From Perna viridis (lineage: Eukaryota): 64,000 bases of DNA. Every line of letters starts with the position of its first letter. The first letter of the stretch is position 1. Below, one piece after another: positions 26,170 through 38,958 of the stretch. The stretch is taken from positions 49,234,862-49,298,861 of the forward strand of contig CM074511.1 in NCBI GenBank assembly GCA_037379345.1, read 5' to 3'. The notes under the pieces were generated by a model. The model saw only the letters and a program-made list of their open reading frames with translations. It was not told the DNA's origin and made no database searches. Both the position numbers and the translations under genes were made by a program.

Positions 26170-29100
26170 TAACATTTCCATAACTTATTGCCACTTTTAA
26201 AATTGTCCAAATTGTTTATCATAACCCCCTGTTTCTGGTATATTTTAGATGATCAGTTTTACAGTCTGCCATGAACATTCAAGTTTGCTTGCCCTTAAAT
26301 GAAATACATTTGATAAAAATATCAATGAATAAAAAATATTTTAAATAAATATATTAATTCTAAGTGCTATGTTACTGTAATCACAACAATGGCAACAAAT
26401 CAAAGACATTTTTTCATAAAAAAAAAGAATCCTTACTTCTTAACAGAAAATTTGATAATAATTTACCATAATATTACTACAATTAATCAGTTTATATTCC
26501 TAATGTAAACTCTTTGATGTTTCCAATCCGGAAATGAAATGTTGATAGAATCAGTGACTTATTATCCAGTATCTTGAATAAAATGACTTTTTCCATTTTG
26601 CTAGAAGCGTGATCATGATTCCAAAAGAAATATTAAAAAAAAAATAAATTGTTTGATCCTTTGAATCAATAATTCATTAGGATATGTAAGACGTGTAAAA
26701 AAAACATTTATAACGGCATGTATCTAATTTCTTCTGTGTGAATTATCAAAAAGATTGGTGAAAACCTATAACAGAAGGAGACATCTTTAAGTTTTCTCTC
26801 TGACAGAACATCAAAGGCAAACTTCATGATTCTTGATGGTCTAGGTATATACACAACTTCCAAAGTGCAAATCAAATGTTTCTTATCTGTCAACTGGCTA
26901 AGTTAACATCTCTGGTTTGGTGCATTGATATCTAAAACAAAACCTATCCAAAGCTGATTGACTCTTTCCTGTCCTCGATTCCAGATAACAGTATTTATAT
27001 CTACTTCTCAAAACAACTTTTTTTTGGCTTTTAAGAGATGACATAAATATATACTTTGAAATTGTTTTTTTCAATTTAAATAAAAGGTTTCAAGACAGTT
27101 GAATGCCATCAATAGATCTACAGTATGGAGATAAATGGTTTTCATCAAGTAAGTTAGCTTTATAAGTAAGTACATTCTTCAAGTACATCACATTGATAGC
27201 TGCCTTCAACTCCCAACAGTTACTTCTATGTAAGCACAATGACAATTTTGAAATTAAAATACAAAATAATGCCTTATATCACATTAGTTTACATGGATAT
27301 TTTCATTTAATATTTAAGACAATTTCAAGGGGCAGACAGACAGCTAACATCCTGTTTGGCTCCCTAAGCATCAGACAGAAAGGATAACAGTATTTGGGAG
27401 GGATTAATGCAAGGCCAGATCAAGAAACTTTGAAAACGAGGGGTGCCAGCTGAGGCTCTTCAGAAAATGCAGGGTGCGTTTGCCATTTTTTGTCAATTTT
27501 ACACAAGAAAATAATGAATTTTCCTATAAAAGGGGAAGAGGGGTGCATTAATTTTATTGTTACTAACTTGTATAAAATTTAGTTCAAGGGGGTGATTTAA
27601 AGGAGAAAACTCAAGGTCATCTAAGAAAAAATCATAATGAAATCCATATTTATTTGAAACTAAATAATATCACATTTTTGTTCCCTATATGCAATTACAA
27701 TTTTCATTAAATTTTTATTCACCTGAATAATTCATACCATTTATACAAAATTATATCTAAATTGTCCTGTAATCATTTTAGCGAAAAATACCTATATATC
27801 AAAGTAGACCATGAAAACATCAAAGTGTATGTATTAATTATGAATTATCAGTTATAATTATGTTATGGTTGACATAAAACAAGTATCCTCAAAGCTATAA
27901 CCTGGGATGACTGACCATTAGAGAGGTCAAGTCTCTGGTCAGACCATGTTCTGGTCAATAGTGCTGACCCCAAAATCAACTTTTAACCATGCTAATGACT
28001 ATAGAAAAATAGCAGAAATAGAACCAGGGCCTTGGTGCCTAACTCCTAGCTGACAATGATATTACAATTGATTTCAACCCAGATTGACAGTTTTCTAATA
28101 CACAATCAGTTCCGACACAAAACAAATTGCCTCAGTTAAAAGGTAAATAAACAAGACAGGGAGATTTAAAGTGGAATAAGGATTTGAGGAGATCTTTTGA
28201 TTTTGTGAGAAAACGACAGATGTGGCTGTGTACCCTGCTAATCTTTTCCACTCACAACAGACTGGAGGTATTATCATAATGAATACTTCAATAGTTACCC
28301 CCCTCTAGCAACATCCAAATACACTAAGCTAAAAAAAATTAATGAAAATGTTTCTCAAAGACTTAGCAGGAAATCGAAAATATGTTACACTAATCTTAAT
28401 TCACAGGATAGAAGATAAAATGTAAACATAAAAGTATTCATTATTGTGTTCTAAATAAAATTTTCAGGTTTGTGCTTGTCTATCTGTTTCATATTCTTGA
28501 TTCTGTTCAGGAATGATTAAAGTAACTTCAATACCCCAAAAATGTTTTGTAGATTAGAAGACTAAATCTTTATTAGAACATATTTATCAATAATTCATTG
28601 ACAGTAGAAAATGGATGAAAAGCAATTGTTCCCTGTTCACAGATTGAACAGAAAATCTGTCCACTTGAGGAATTAGTACTGTAAAATCTGTCAAACAGAA
28701 CCACTAGACAGTAATATGATTTCAGACATTACTTGCCATTTTTTGTTAATTTTACACAAGAAAATAACAAATTTTCCGTCACTGTAATGTAGCATTCATT
28801 TTATTGTTAAGTTTGCAGTTTATTAGTAGTTAAGCTTTGAGAAGTTTCACTATAATTCCTGAAAATGACCATATTCAATTTGATCTGACCAAAGAAATGA
28901 TATCGCTAGTTGGAAGACAAGATCAATTTCTACAGGATGTGAAACAAAAAATGATAAAATACATGGAATGAATGTAACACAAAATAACCTACTTCTAGTT
29001 AACTAACAATAAGTGTGAAGAAAAAGTGTCATTTTTAACCATATGTTTCCCATTTCAGCAGTAGAGTACCTCAAGTGAGAAGCTTACATATCAGAATAAA

Positions 29101-31469
29101 TTAGCAAGCTCAGTAAAACACAGATGTCTTACAATCAGATATATTCAATTTTAAAAATTTGAAATCCACAAATAATGGTATAATAAATATAATACAACAT
29201 TCTCACTCTACTTTAACATGAGCTGTTTGAACTAATGTTTCAAGTATAGTTACTTTTGACATTATCTTTTCACAACAAAAATACAAATGGATAAAAACTA
29301 TTACTAATTTTCTTATTGAAAAGACATTAGAAAAAGAGAAGCTGAGAACTATGATCATCATCTATAACATTACTGACAACAAATTGTCTTAATCAAATAA
29401 AAAACCAATTTCACTAGAATTTCTTCTATGTAAGTATAGCCTTGACATCCTGTAGTCTGTAATCAGTTTTTAAGACATCTAAATGGAAGTTTTAATATTG
29501 CTTGAAATATTGATTGTGAAAACTTGCACAGAAACAAATTTCATTTACCTACCAAAATCAATCCATAAAAGAATAATTGTCAATTTGAAACCTCATCGTT
29601 ATTTACCGATTGAGCTAGAAAAACCTGTCACGACTCTATCAAAGATTTGAAGTTTTAACATTAATATCTAAATATAATAGAGATTAAAGAAATAATTGTT
29701 GACTGTGTACCAGTAATGTTTCATTTAAATACAACTGACATGCGACAAGGATTTGCCATTAGATGATTTGGGTTCAGGTGAGATCTCGACAGATGGCTCT
29801 GGTACCGCTACCCACTTATCACTTATCAAACAACAAGCCCATCCATCTGCCTAACTGTAAACCAAAGGCCATAATAAAATAATTTTGGAAACAAATCTGT
29901 TCCCCAAATGAAAAGGTAGATTCAATTTATGGAAAGATCTAAGGGTGCAGAAAAGCCTTCAATGACAGCTGTGCAACTGTATATGGTATTATGGAGTTTG
30001 AACTCTAACCTTTAAACATGGTCATAAATATCAGAAGATTTCTGGTAAATATTTGAGACAGGTGCAATAAAGGAAGGAGGGTTATTTCTACATCAATTAG
30101 TATTTAACTGGTCCAATATTGCATGCCCCTTAAAATCCATGTCTCTAGAAAAATGGTCTGAAAAGATTTTAACATTACTCACTGAATCTGACACACAAAT
30201 AAAGATCTTATAAACCTCAAATCCAAACAATTTAATTTTCAAATATCTGTAGATAACTATAAGGCTTTACATAAAGTACACCAGCTTAAATATTAAGCAG
30301 AGGCATTTTTTGTCCTTATATACTAAGCTTAAAAGGTATCCTAGATCATAAATTAAATTTTATCATTATGTATCTGTGACAAGGCAGATTTTCAATAACC
30401 ACATTTTCCACAAAGTTTGTTCAAACTTATATCATGTTTTTCTATTAAATGGTTTGTTTTTATTTTTGTTTGAAATTGAGTTGTTATAGGTGAATTGTAA
30501 CTGTGAGTGTTATCGCATCGCTGTATGAGAGGAATGAATGTTAGGATTAAGGAGTATTAGGACTGGTCACTTTGCACTGGTCATAACCTTATAATTATGT
30601 TGACATAGGGATATATACCTGTTCTCATTGTAACATTTAGTCTCCGTCCTGTCAAAATGCATAGCATGGATCTTAGGATGGTATGAAGGACCTTGGCACC
30701 ATTCTATATACAGGCTTCTATTATAATCTTAATGTTTGTCGCTTGAAATAACTCAAATCCTGTAAAAATACAAGAAATAATTTTACATGTGCTGAAAAAA
30801 TACTGATATGAAGTTATTGAAATTATTGAAAGCAGTATAAAATGAAATTGCCACAGAATGTAAAATAAGTCACAATGGCAGATCTTTGGAAAAGGGGGAG
30901 GAGGGGTGTGGGTATGTGAGGGTGGTGGTTCATGGATTGAAACCCCCTTTTCTGAAAATGCCAAAAAAGGGGGCAAATAATAGCCAGGAAATCCCTTAAT
31001 CCCTTTTCTCATGATCTCTGAATTTGTCCCTTGGTAAATAATGGTCACAGTTCAAAATATACCATAATACATCAATTGCTCAAATTCACTTTCAAGACTT
31101 TTTAGCAATCTTAAGGAAAGGTTTTTTATAAGAAAGTGAAAGGTTCTCAATTACAGTTAGAAAAAATATGGTAGGTTTAGAACCTAGGCCAATGGTATTT
31201 TAAAGTTCCTCATCAGAGTCCTGGACTTCAGACCCCTGTATATTTATAGTGTAATAAAGATAAACAGCTGGTTTATAAATCATTACCTAAATTTGTAAAG
31301 AACTACATATAATAGGACTTTAATTTTGTAATATAAGGGAAACTAAGACAATTGTACTGAGAAAATATTCCAAAATCAAGAGTTTTGATCAATGCAACTC
31401 TAACTCAGTGGCAATTTAAGCAATATTTCAATGCTTTCTTAAGTTCTGTAACATTAGATGATTCCAAAC

Positions 31470-31677
31470 TACTGTGAAAGTACTATTGTTTGGGGGTACC
31501 AATTTTCGTGGTTTTCATGGTTATGCCAAACCACAAAATTTGGTCCCCAATAAAAAGGAGATTTCCATTGATGTGTATACTAAACACCTCAAAACAACAA
31601 ATCAAAAATTCATGAACTTGTGTCTCTACCCTAATCCATGAAAATTTGTATCCATGAATTAAAGTACTTTTACAGTA
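31470..31677. mobile_element. ~208-bp TA-flanked MITE (Tc1/mariner-like)
   Basis: Termini tactgtgaaagtact ... agtacttttacagta (15 bp inverted, 1 mismatch), plus subterminal inverted ccaattttcgtgg / ccatgaaaatttg. Confidence 0.8.
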
Positions 31678-34600
31678 CTTGATCATTTTTAGTTTCGTTA
31701 CATGTACTAATATTCAAGAATCAGTGAATTCAGATGATTACCTCCCCATTTAACAATGAAATGATGGAAACTACCAGATGTAGATGTAAATCCAAGTATA
31801 TTAAAATTCTATAGAGCTCTATAAGACATTTAGCTGTGCGAAGATTTTTTCCTGCAAGCTGATTTTATGTTATATAACACTCTGGTGACATTAAACAACT
31901 ATACATAAGGAAGCATACCAAATTGTATCAGACAATTTTCTTCTTTAAACAGCTTTAGAAGAGAACCCATTAATGGACGGTTATATTGTTTTCCTTATCG
32001 TTTTCTTAGATGAACATATGTAGAGTATTAAGTTTTACACTGGTAATTATGTTGATAGCATACATCAATTTACAGCATGTTTTCGGAATGTGTTCCAGAT
32101 TTTTGATAAACCTACTCTCTTCACTGAAGATTTCCTGCTTAGACAAACCAGGATGTCAGTAAGGAGTGCCGTCTCCGTCTCATAATAAACTCTGATGTAA
32201 ATTTATCATGCACATCATTTATCTTAACATATCTATACCAGCAAGTTTCCTTTTTACACAACTGTAAGGATGCTTTTCAAGTGCTTTCTTCTGTTTTTAA
32301 TTTAGCATTATAATTTTTTTATGTTACCAAAGCACTCAAAATTAATACATTTCAACTCTTTCTCACAATTTCCTGCTTTGAATAAAATCCATCAATACAC
32401 ATGTCAAGTGTTTGTGTATTCAGTTGGGATTAACTTAAAATATCAACATCCATGCCTCACAAGTTCAAAGTCTTTTCACCTACAAGTTTTCCTGTTTACC
32501 CAAAAATGTGTGACAGGAGGTGGGCCAAACATGTACTGCTCTCTTGGGATTATCACCTGGACTTTCAAATTTCATATCTTTTCAAAATGTCCTGTATTTG
32601 AGCCACTTGAATTTCTCACGATTTCCTGACAATTAAAGGAAGTACTGTTCCTGTTTTTGTTTATGAAAATGATATAAAATAACAAAAATTACAAAAATAA
32701 AAAGGCTATAAAAAGAACAAAGTAAGCTAGATTAGTAATGTCTAAAAAACACCATGTGAGGAGCTATGGACTGAAGACATATGACCTTGATCAGATTAAA
32801 GACTATAAGAAAGCAGGGGAAAAGGTGACCTTAAAAAGAGTTCATAGAAAAGAAAAGTGTAGGTATTAGAGAACAAAAAAGACTAGAAATAATCTGGGAG
32901 AACAAACAGCCAAAATTCAATTACCTTTTAGCACTTAATTTATCACTGACTTATGAAATTGTGACCTTTGACCATAGTGGCTTGTACATGTACAAATAAC
33001 ATACTCTCCCACTGACCTGCACTGCATGTATGTAGTTTTCCCATGATTATATTTGTTACAATCATGACCAATTATGTTCATTCAAATTACATCAAAAACC
33101 ATTACATACAATTAAAAACAACTAAGATTTATGACTTCATGTAGAGTTATTGTAAAGCATGATTATTTTTTAACAGATTATAACACCACGTGCAGCCTTG
33201 GGATACAAACCAACAGGAAATTTGTATACAAACAAATGTGACATCAGCAATATAAATAACCTAGTCTATGATTACCTGAAGATCTACTAACCTACATCTA
33301 TTTAAAAGAACACCAAGATCTTATCTCTCAAGTGCAGTTATTTTCACATGGATACAGTTCATATAATATTTTTTAGTCAGCAAACCGGGCATTCAATTAA
33401 CATATCAATCATAGAAAAATACTGATTAGATTTTGATGCGGAGACCTACAGGAAATAAATAGTTTTTTTTTCAATGTTTAATTTTCATTGATTCTCTGTA
33501 GAAAACTGCTGAAGTCATTTTATGTATAATTAGTTCCTTATATAGAGTCCTCTTAAATGTATCAACAGTCACCTCTATGAAAGGTTTTTGTCTGGTGGAA
33601 CTGGTAATGCCACAACTTGGGAAATGATATTTGGTTATTAAAAATAAAAAGATTATGAATCTGCAAGGTGTGGACAAATTCAACATTGAATTATACAGCC
33701 AAAGAATGTATTGACAAAACCTTTAAATTGAGCCTATGAATAAAAAAAAATCAAATAATTAAATCTTCTAGGCATGCCTGTAAAAAATGTAAATAAAAAG
33801 TATGACATCATCCTTTCACTGATCTTATTTTGTTGCTTTAATTTTTGTACTTTTTCTAGATCAGTAAAAGGACCACTTGAAATTTCCTAAATCGTAGACT
33901 ATCTTTGGACCTTGTCACGCTTTGCAAACTACAGTAAGTATTTAACAAGCAACTCAGATAAGATAACCAGCGTACTTCTCACATTTCAGCTTCAGGGTAG
34001 TGAATTTAAAAGGGTGTTACAACAAATGGAACATCTGTCGGGTAGCCGACACATTATTTATGGGTATAGATATAATAATCAGGGCAGGTGCCCCGTCTTA
34101 TGTATATAGAAATAATGAATCTAATAGGCACAGAGTTTGTCCCATCTATGTACAGTTGTAGCTACTTTAACAGACACAGAGTTGGCTTGAATTTCAAGCA
34201 ATTAATTCAGATCTACATGAAATGAGTGCATGTTGATGGATTTGAAAGTTTCTTCAGACTGTCACACACAGGAATAGCCAAAGTGGGAATATTTCCAATA
34301 CACCATGAGCTTTAAACATATATATATAATGTAATTATTTCTCAATAAGATGCATGTATTTGAAAATTGTAATTAAGTGAACTGTCAGATAACATTAAAG
34401 TTATCTTAATCGAAATAAAACTTTCTTCAAATTCTATACTTAAAGGTGTTACTGACTGTATAACTGAGAAATCTTAAAACATGAAAAATGGCATAATTTC
34501 AACAACTTACAGGAGTAATTCATTAAGTTGCTTTTAATTTCAAAAGAAATAAATAATAATTAACTAGTAATCATTATAAAATGATCAATTTTCTAGGCGA

Positions 34601-36193
34601 TTAGGATGCAAGTTCAGGTAGAAATATTACTTTATACAATACAGGTGGTTTCTGTTATGTAATTGATGCCAGGTGAATATGTTTTTCACCTGTGCTATAA
34701 ATATACCTGACTGCACTTTGATGGATTAATTAAAGTTTCAAACTTTATGTTAATTACCTATAAATAAATGATGAGCTTGTGTAAACAACCATCAAATCCA
34801 AGGTGATATGTGGGGGAACCTCCAAGTTGTTAATTGACTTGTTTTTAGACATTGGTCCTGTTTTTGCAGATCTGATTTCACCAGGTCAATTAACAACCCA
34901 AAACCTGACAACATCCTAACTAAATTTAAGATAAAAAATGCAGAATTCAATTTTAAACCAGAAGAGAATCAGGTCTGTTCTTTGCTGCAGTGTAGATATC
35001 CTTTGCAGCTAGGTCAGGTAACAAATAATTTAATAACCTGATAATTAAATCCTCAAAAGAATTTAAGATTCTGCTAATAGTCTAAGACCAAAATGACTAA
35101 CCTGGGGAAATAAAATTAAGATTTGCTATGACCATCCACAGTCCTTAAGATTCCCACTTTCAAAATTGGCTATAAACTAACTCTGCAACTAATCACATTG
35201 TACACATATGCAACAAAATGTTTTCAGCACCTGCAAATGTATTAAAAAAAGTATGGGAATAGACTAACATGTCCCATATGGTGATGCAAGTAGAATACTA
35301 ATTAATTAAAATTTATTTCTCCCTACATTTCCCATTTTTCCAGGTAAATCAAGTTGTCCTGATGAGACAGTTAACATGTCCCCCTCCTACACAAGTCTCT
35401 AGTGCTCCCAATCCTATCATTAAAACCATACATAGTTACATAGCTACCATTAGACAGCACTCACATACTCAGGATATCATTTTATTATCCTCATGGTCTC
35501 TTTGATGATCCTATTAAGTTTAAAATATTTATGACATATTTAGATATCTTTGGGTATGAAATTAACATTTATTAGAGTCTATTTGTAGCATGTTAACCAG
35601 TTTATTGAGGTTGTATTTGTTATATTAAAATTCTATTGGGCTCTGAACATTCATGATTCTTATGTTAATCACAGTCACATCTAATTCTGAAGGACATTAA
35701 AAAACCCCATCATCATAATTCTTAAACAAAAAACACACTGCCTTATTGAGATTTGTTCATGGAAGTTGTGATGTTCTCTCAATAGCCTTCATCTTGAAAC
35801 ACATTAAATTATGGATGAAGTTCAAGCCAATGACCCATTTTATTTCTTGTTGTGGTACCAACATATTTCAGTAACATTTAAAGCCCATCAAGAGCTTTCC
35901 CCACTCAAAAATAAGAATTTAAAGACTGACAAAAATTAACCCATCTGATCAGAATTATAAACTGAACATACTAGGTAACTTATCTTAAAAAAAGGCTGTT
36001 TGGAAACAATTGAACACCCTGATCTGTAACCTATCAAAAATTTAAAGTCCACTTAAAACAAATTATTAGCTGAAAATCTGAAAGTAGTAAGGAAATCTTT
36101 AAAAGAAATCTTTTTTTTATGATTTCCCATTAACTTTCAGTTAGTAATGTAATTCATTATGTATATTATTTTAGGAAAAGACTAGACACTAAG

Positions 36194-36428
36194 ATTTATA
36201 TTGTAGAGCTCCGTACATATCATTGAGCTCTACGCTGAGCTAGCTTTTATATCATAGCGATCCAAACTGACTCTATTATTTATACTATAGGGCTGCACAC
36301 TGACCCTATTTATACTGCAGAGTTTAATGCTAAACCTATAGAGCTCCATGCTGACCCATCATTTATATCATAGAGCTCCAATGACTATGTTGACCCTATC
36401 ATTTGTATAACAACTATGTCACGTTGAC
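36194..36428. repeat. Degenerate ~33-bp tandem repeat
   Basis: Recurrent tttatatcatagagctccatgctgaccctatca-like units. Confidence 0.65.
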
Positions 36429-38633
36429 TTCCCTCTAAAGGACTAAACACCTGGGTCATACCTTACTATCTATACATTTTTTTTTATTGTTATACATTCT
36501 TTAATGACATCCACCTTAGAATATACTACATGTAGGAGTTAATGTAGGAACATTATATATATGGTATCATTAACACATTTATATTCCACTTAATACTGTT
36601 GGTCACGATTACAATGTACATCTGAAAAGGTCTCGGTAATGACTGGAGTAGATTCTCATACATGTAAACATTGATTATTGTCTTATATAACTGTGCAAGT
36701 ACTGTCCAAATTCTAGAGCATAACAAATGTAACAATTTATCAAAGATGGTCTTTTTAAAACTTTTTTGAATACCAAGATATTACATCTGTGTATGCCTGG
36801 CATTAATTTTAGGATAATCAGTAAACAATATGAATCACTGAGTTATTTTCATAACTTGAGCTGAGGAAAAAAGGTATATGCATATTGATAGCGATAGATA
36901 TGGTGAATACAAAGTAATGCTTGCCATGGTTTCCCATGTGTCTTGATGAACAGGCACAAAAAACTCATTTTTTCCATCTTAAAATGAACTGTGTCAAAAC
37001 AATGCAAGGGTTAAAAAAAAAAGAGCAACAATGCAGTTCTATAAGAAAATTGTAGGTAGACAATAATTTCTGCCATCACAATTAATACAAAGACTCTTCA
37101 TGCTGATACGAAACTTCATGAATCTATAAGTGAACTACAGATCAGGTTTTAATGACTATTGCATGTCTAAAACCTGTACAAACATTCAAAGTCATGTACA
37201 TGTCAGGAACACCTGCATATAGGTCAACAGGTGAATAAGTCATATGTGTATCAGAAGAAAACCACCTATAACATAACACACTCAAAAAATATTATCTCAT
37301 GAACATTACCTCAAAAAAAAATATTCACATTGCTAAGGTTATCAGTAAAATGATAGTATCTTCTGTTAAAACAACATTCAAATATCACATTAATTTTCAA
37401 TTGTCAAACTAATTTAGATTGTAACCTGGCATTTAATTCTATAAATAACCCTATATGGACATGATGAAATTGACAAGTGAGTCATATTTTGACTCTTCCA
37501 AAAAAAAAGGAGGAATTAGTCTACTGAACTAATTACTGAAGTACATACTTCCACATACTGTTACAATATCATTTGTACAAAATGGTTTGATGAATAACTG
37601 ATTTAGACCAGAGCCATATTGTCTCATTCTACCTATGTTTGATGAAAAAAAAGACCACCTACTTTTCCATGGCTCTTTTGAATTGACTACATGTATTCTG
37701 ATGTAATAAACATACTACACATATTCATTTGATGGGGGATATAAGATAAAACAAAAAATAACAACCCTGACAAAAAATACACTAATGGTACACATGTACT
37801 TTTCCCTAGTCAAATTATAAAATCTTTAAAAGTTTCCAAAAACTCTTTAAGTATATTAAATTGCTACCCTAAGGCACATTGCTTACATAATTCCTATCTT
37901 TAATTTCTATAACAATCAGTCTAGTGGTATAAACATTGTCTGTTTATGATCTTCATAAATCTTCTTATAAGAAAATGTTTGCCTAATACATGTTAGATTA
38001 TGGATAAGAATAGACATATATTGGATTAAAGAGGACAATTTTGGACACAATTTAATCTACCTTTTAAATGAATAGGCTGATGGTATCTGTAGAAGATTTA
38101 AATATTCTCCCATCCTCAAGTTCAGAGTTTTTTTCCATGGTTGTTGTGTAGTTGCTGACTTGCAGAATGCATTATGTCACATAATTCACCAAATCAAAAG
38201 GGAATGTTTTCGAAAGTATTTGCAAAATGCAGACAGTTAGAAATTTTTGTCTCACCTATAAAGAGCATTTACTCAGGAGGCAACAATCATATGTGATCAT
38301 GAATTGTAACTGTCTAATACATCAGTAAACAATACATTCTAAAATTCTAAAACCTTTAATTTTTACTGACCTAAGTTCATTCTCCAAAATCTACCACTGT
38401 GATTCTGTATTTGTGTACATCATTCTCCAGATAGTCCAAAGTATACAACAGAAATTATCTGTAAAATTATCTGCTTCTTCAAAATTCTGACCTACAAAAT
38501 ATATCAAGATATAAAAGAAACAGGCATTAGATATAAAAAAGTTCAGAGATCTTTGAAAGTACAAGTATTTTTCATGTGAAGAGATAATAAATTGTGTACT
38601 GGATGCAAGACACAGCATAAAACATTTCACTGC

Positions 38634-38958
38634 TATTGGTACTAACACCCTCAGACACAACTGTATTGTGGTTCCCTCCAATATTACAAGATTACCCTTA
38701 ATATGTCCTGGAACCATCGCTGACAGTGACCCATTGGTGCTTAAACACCCTCAGACACAACTGTATTGTGGTTCCCTCCAATATTACAAGATTACCCTTA
38801 ATATGTCCTGGAACCATCGCTGATGGTGACCCATTGGTACTAACACCCTCAGACACAACTGTATTGTGGTTCCCTCCAATATTACAAGATTACCCTTAAT
38901 ATGTCCTGGAACCATCGCTGATGGTGACCCATTGGTGCTTAAACACCTTCAGACACAA
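38634..38958. repeat. Tandem repeat, ~98-100 bp x ~3.3
   Basis: Near-identical units aacaccctcagacacaactgtattgtggttccctccaatattacaagattacccttaatatgtcctggaaccatcgctga... Confidence 0.95.

Noticed and set aside
27478-28778. Shared ~45-bp direct repeat ttgccattttttgt(c/t)aattttacacaagaaaataa at ~27480 and ~28733 as LTRs
   Set aside because: Too short, no TG..CA ends, PBS or internal coding; more likely two fragments of one dispersed repeat.
31750-32630. Minus-strand frame with TGA-only stops (possible CGA>TGA-decayed ORF or NUMT)
   Set aside because: TGA excess is expected in CpG-eroded DNA, and the peptide resembles no mitochondrial or transposase protein I recognise.
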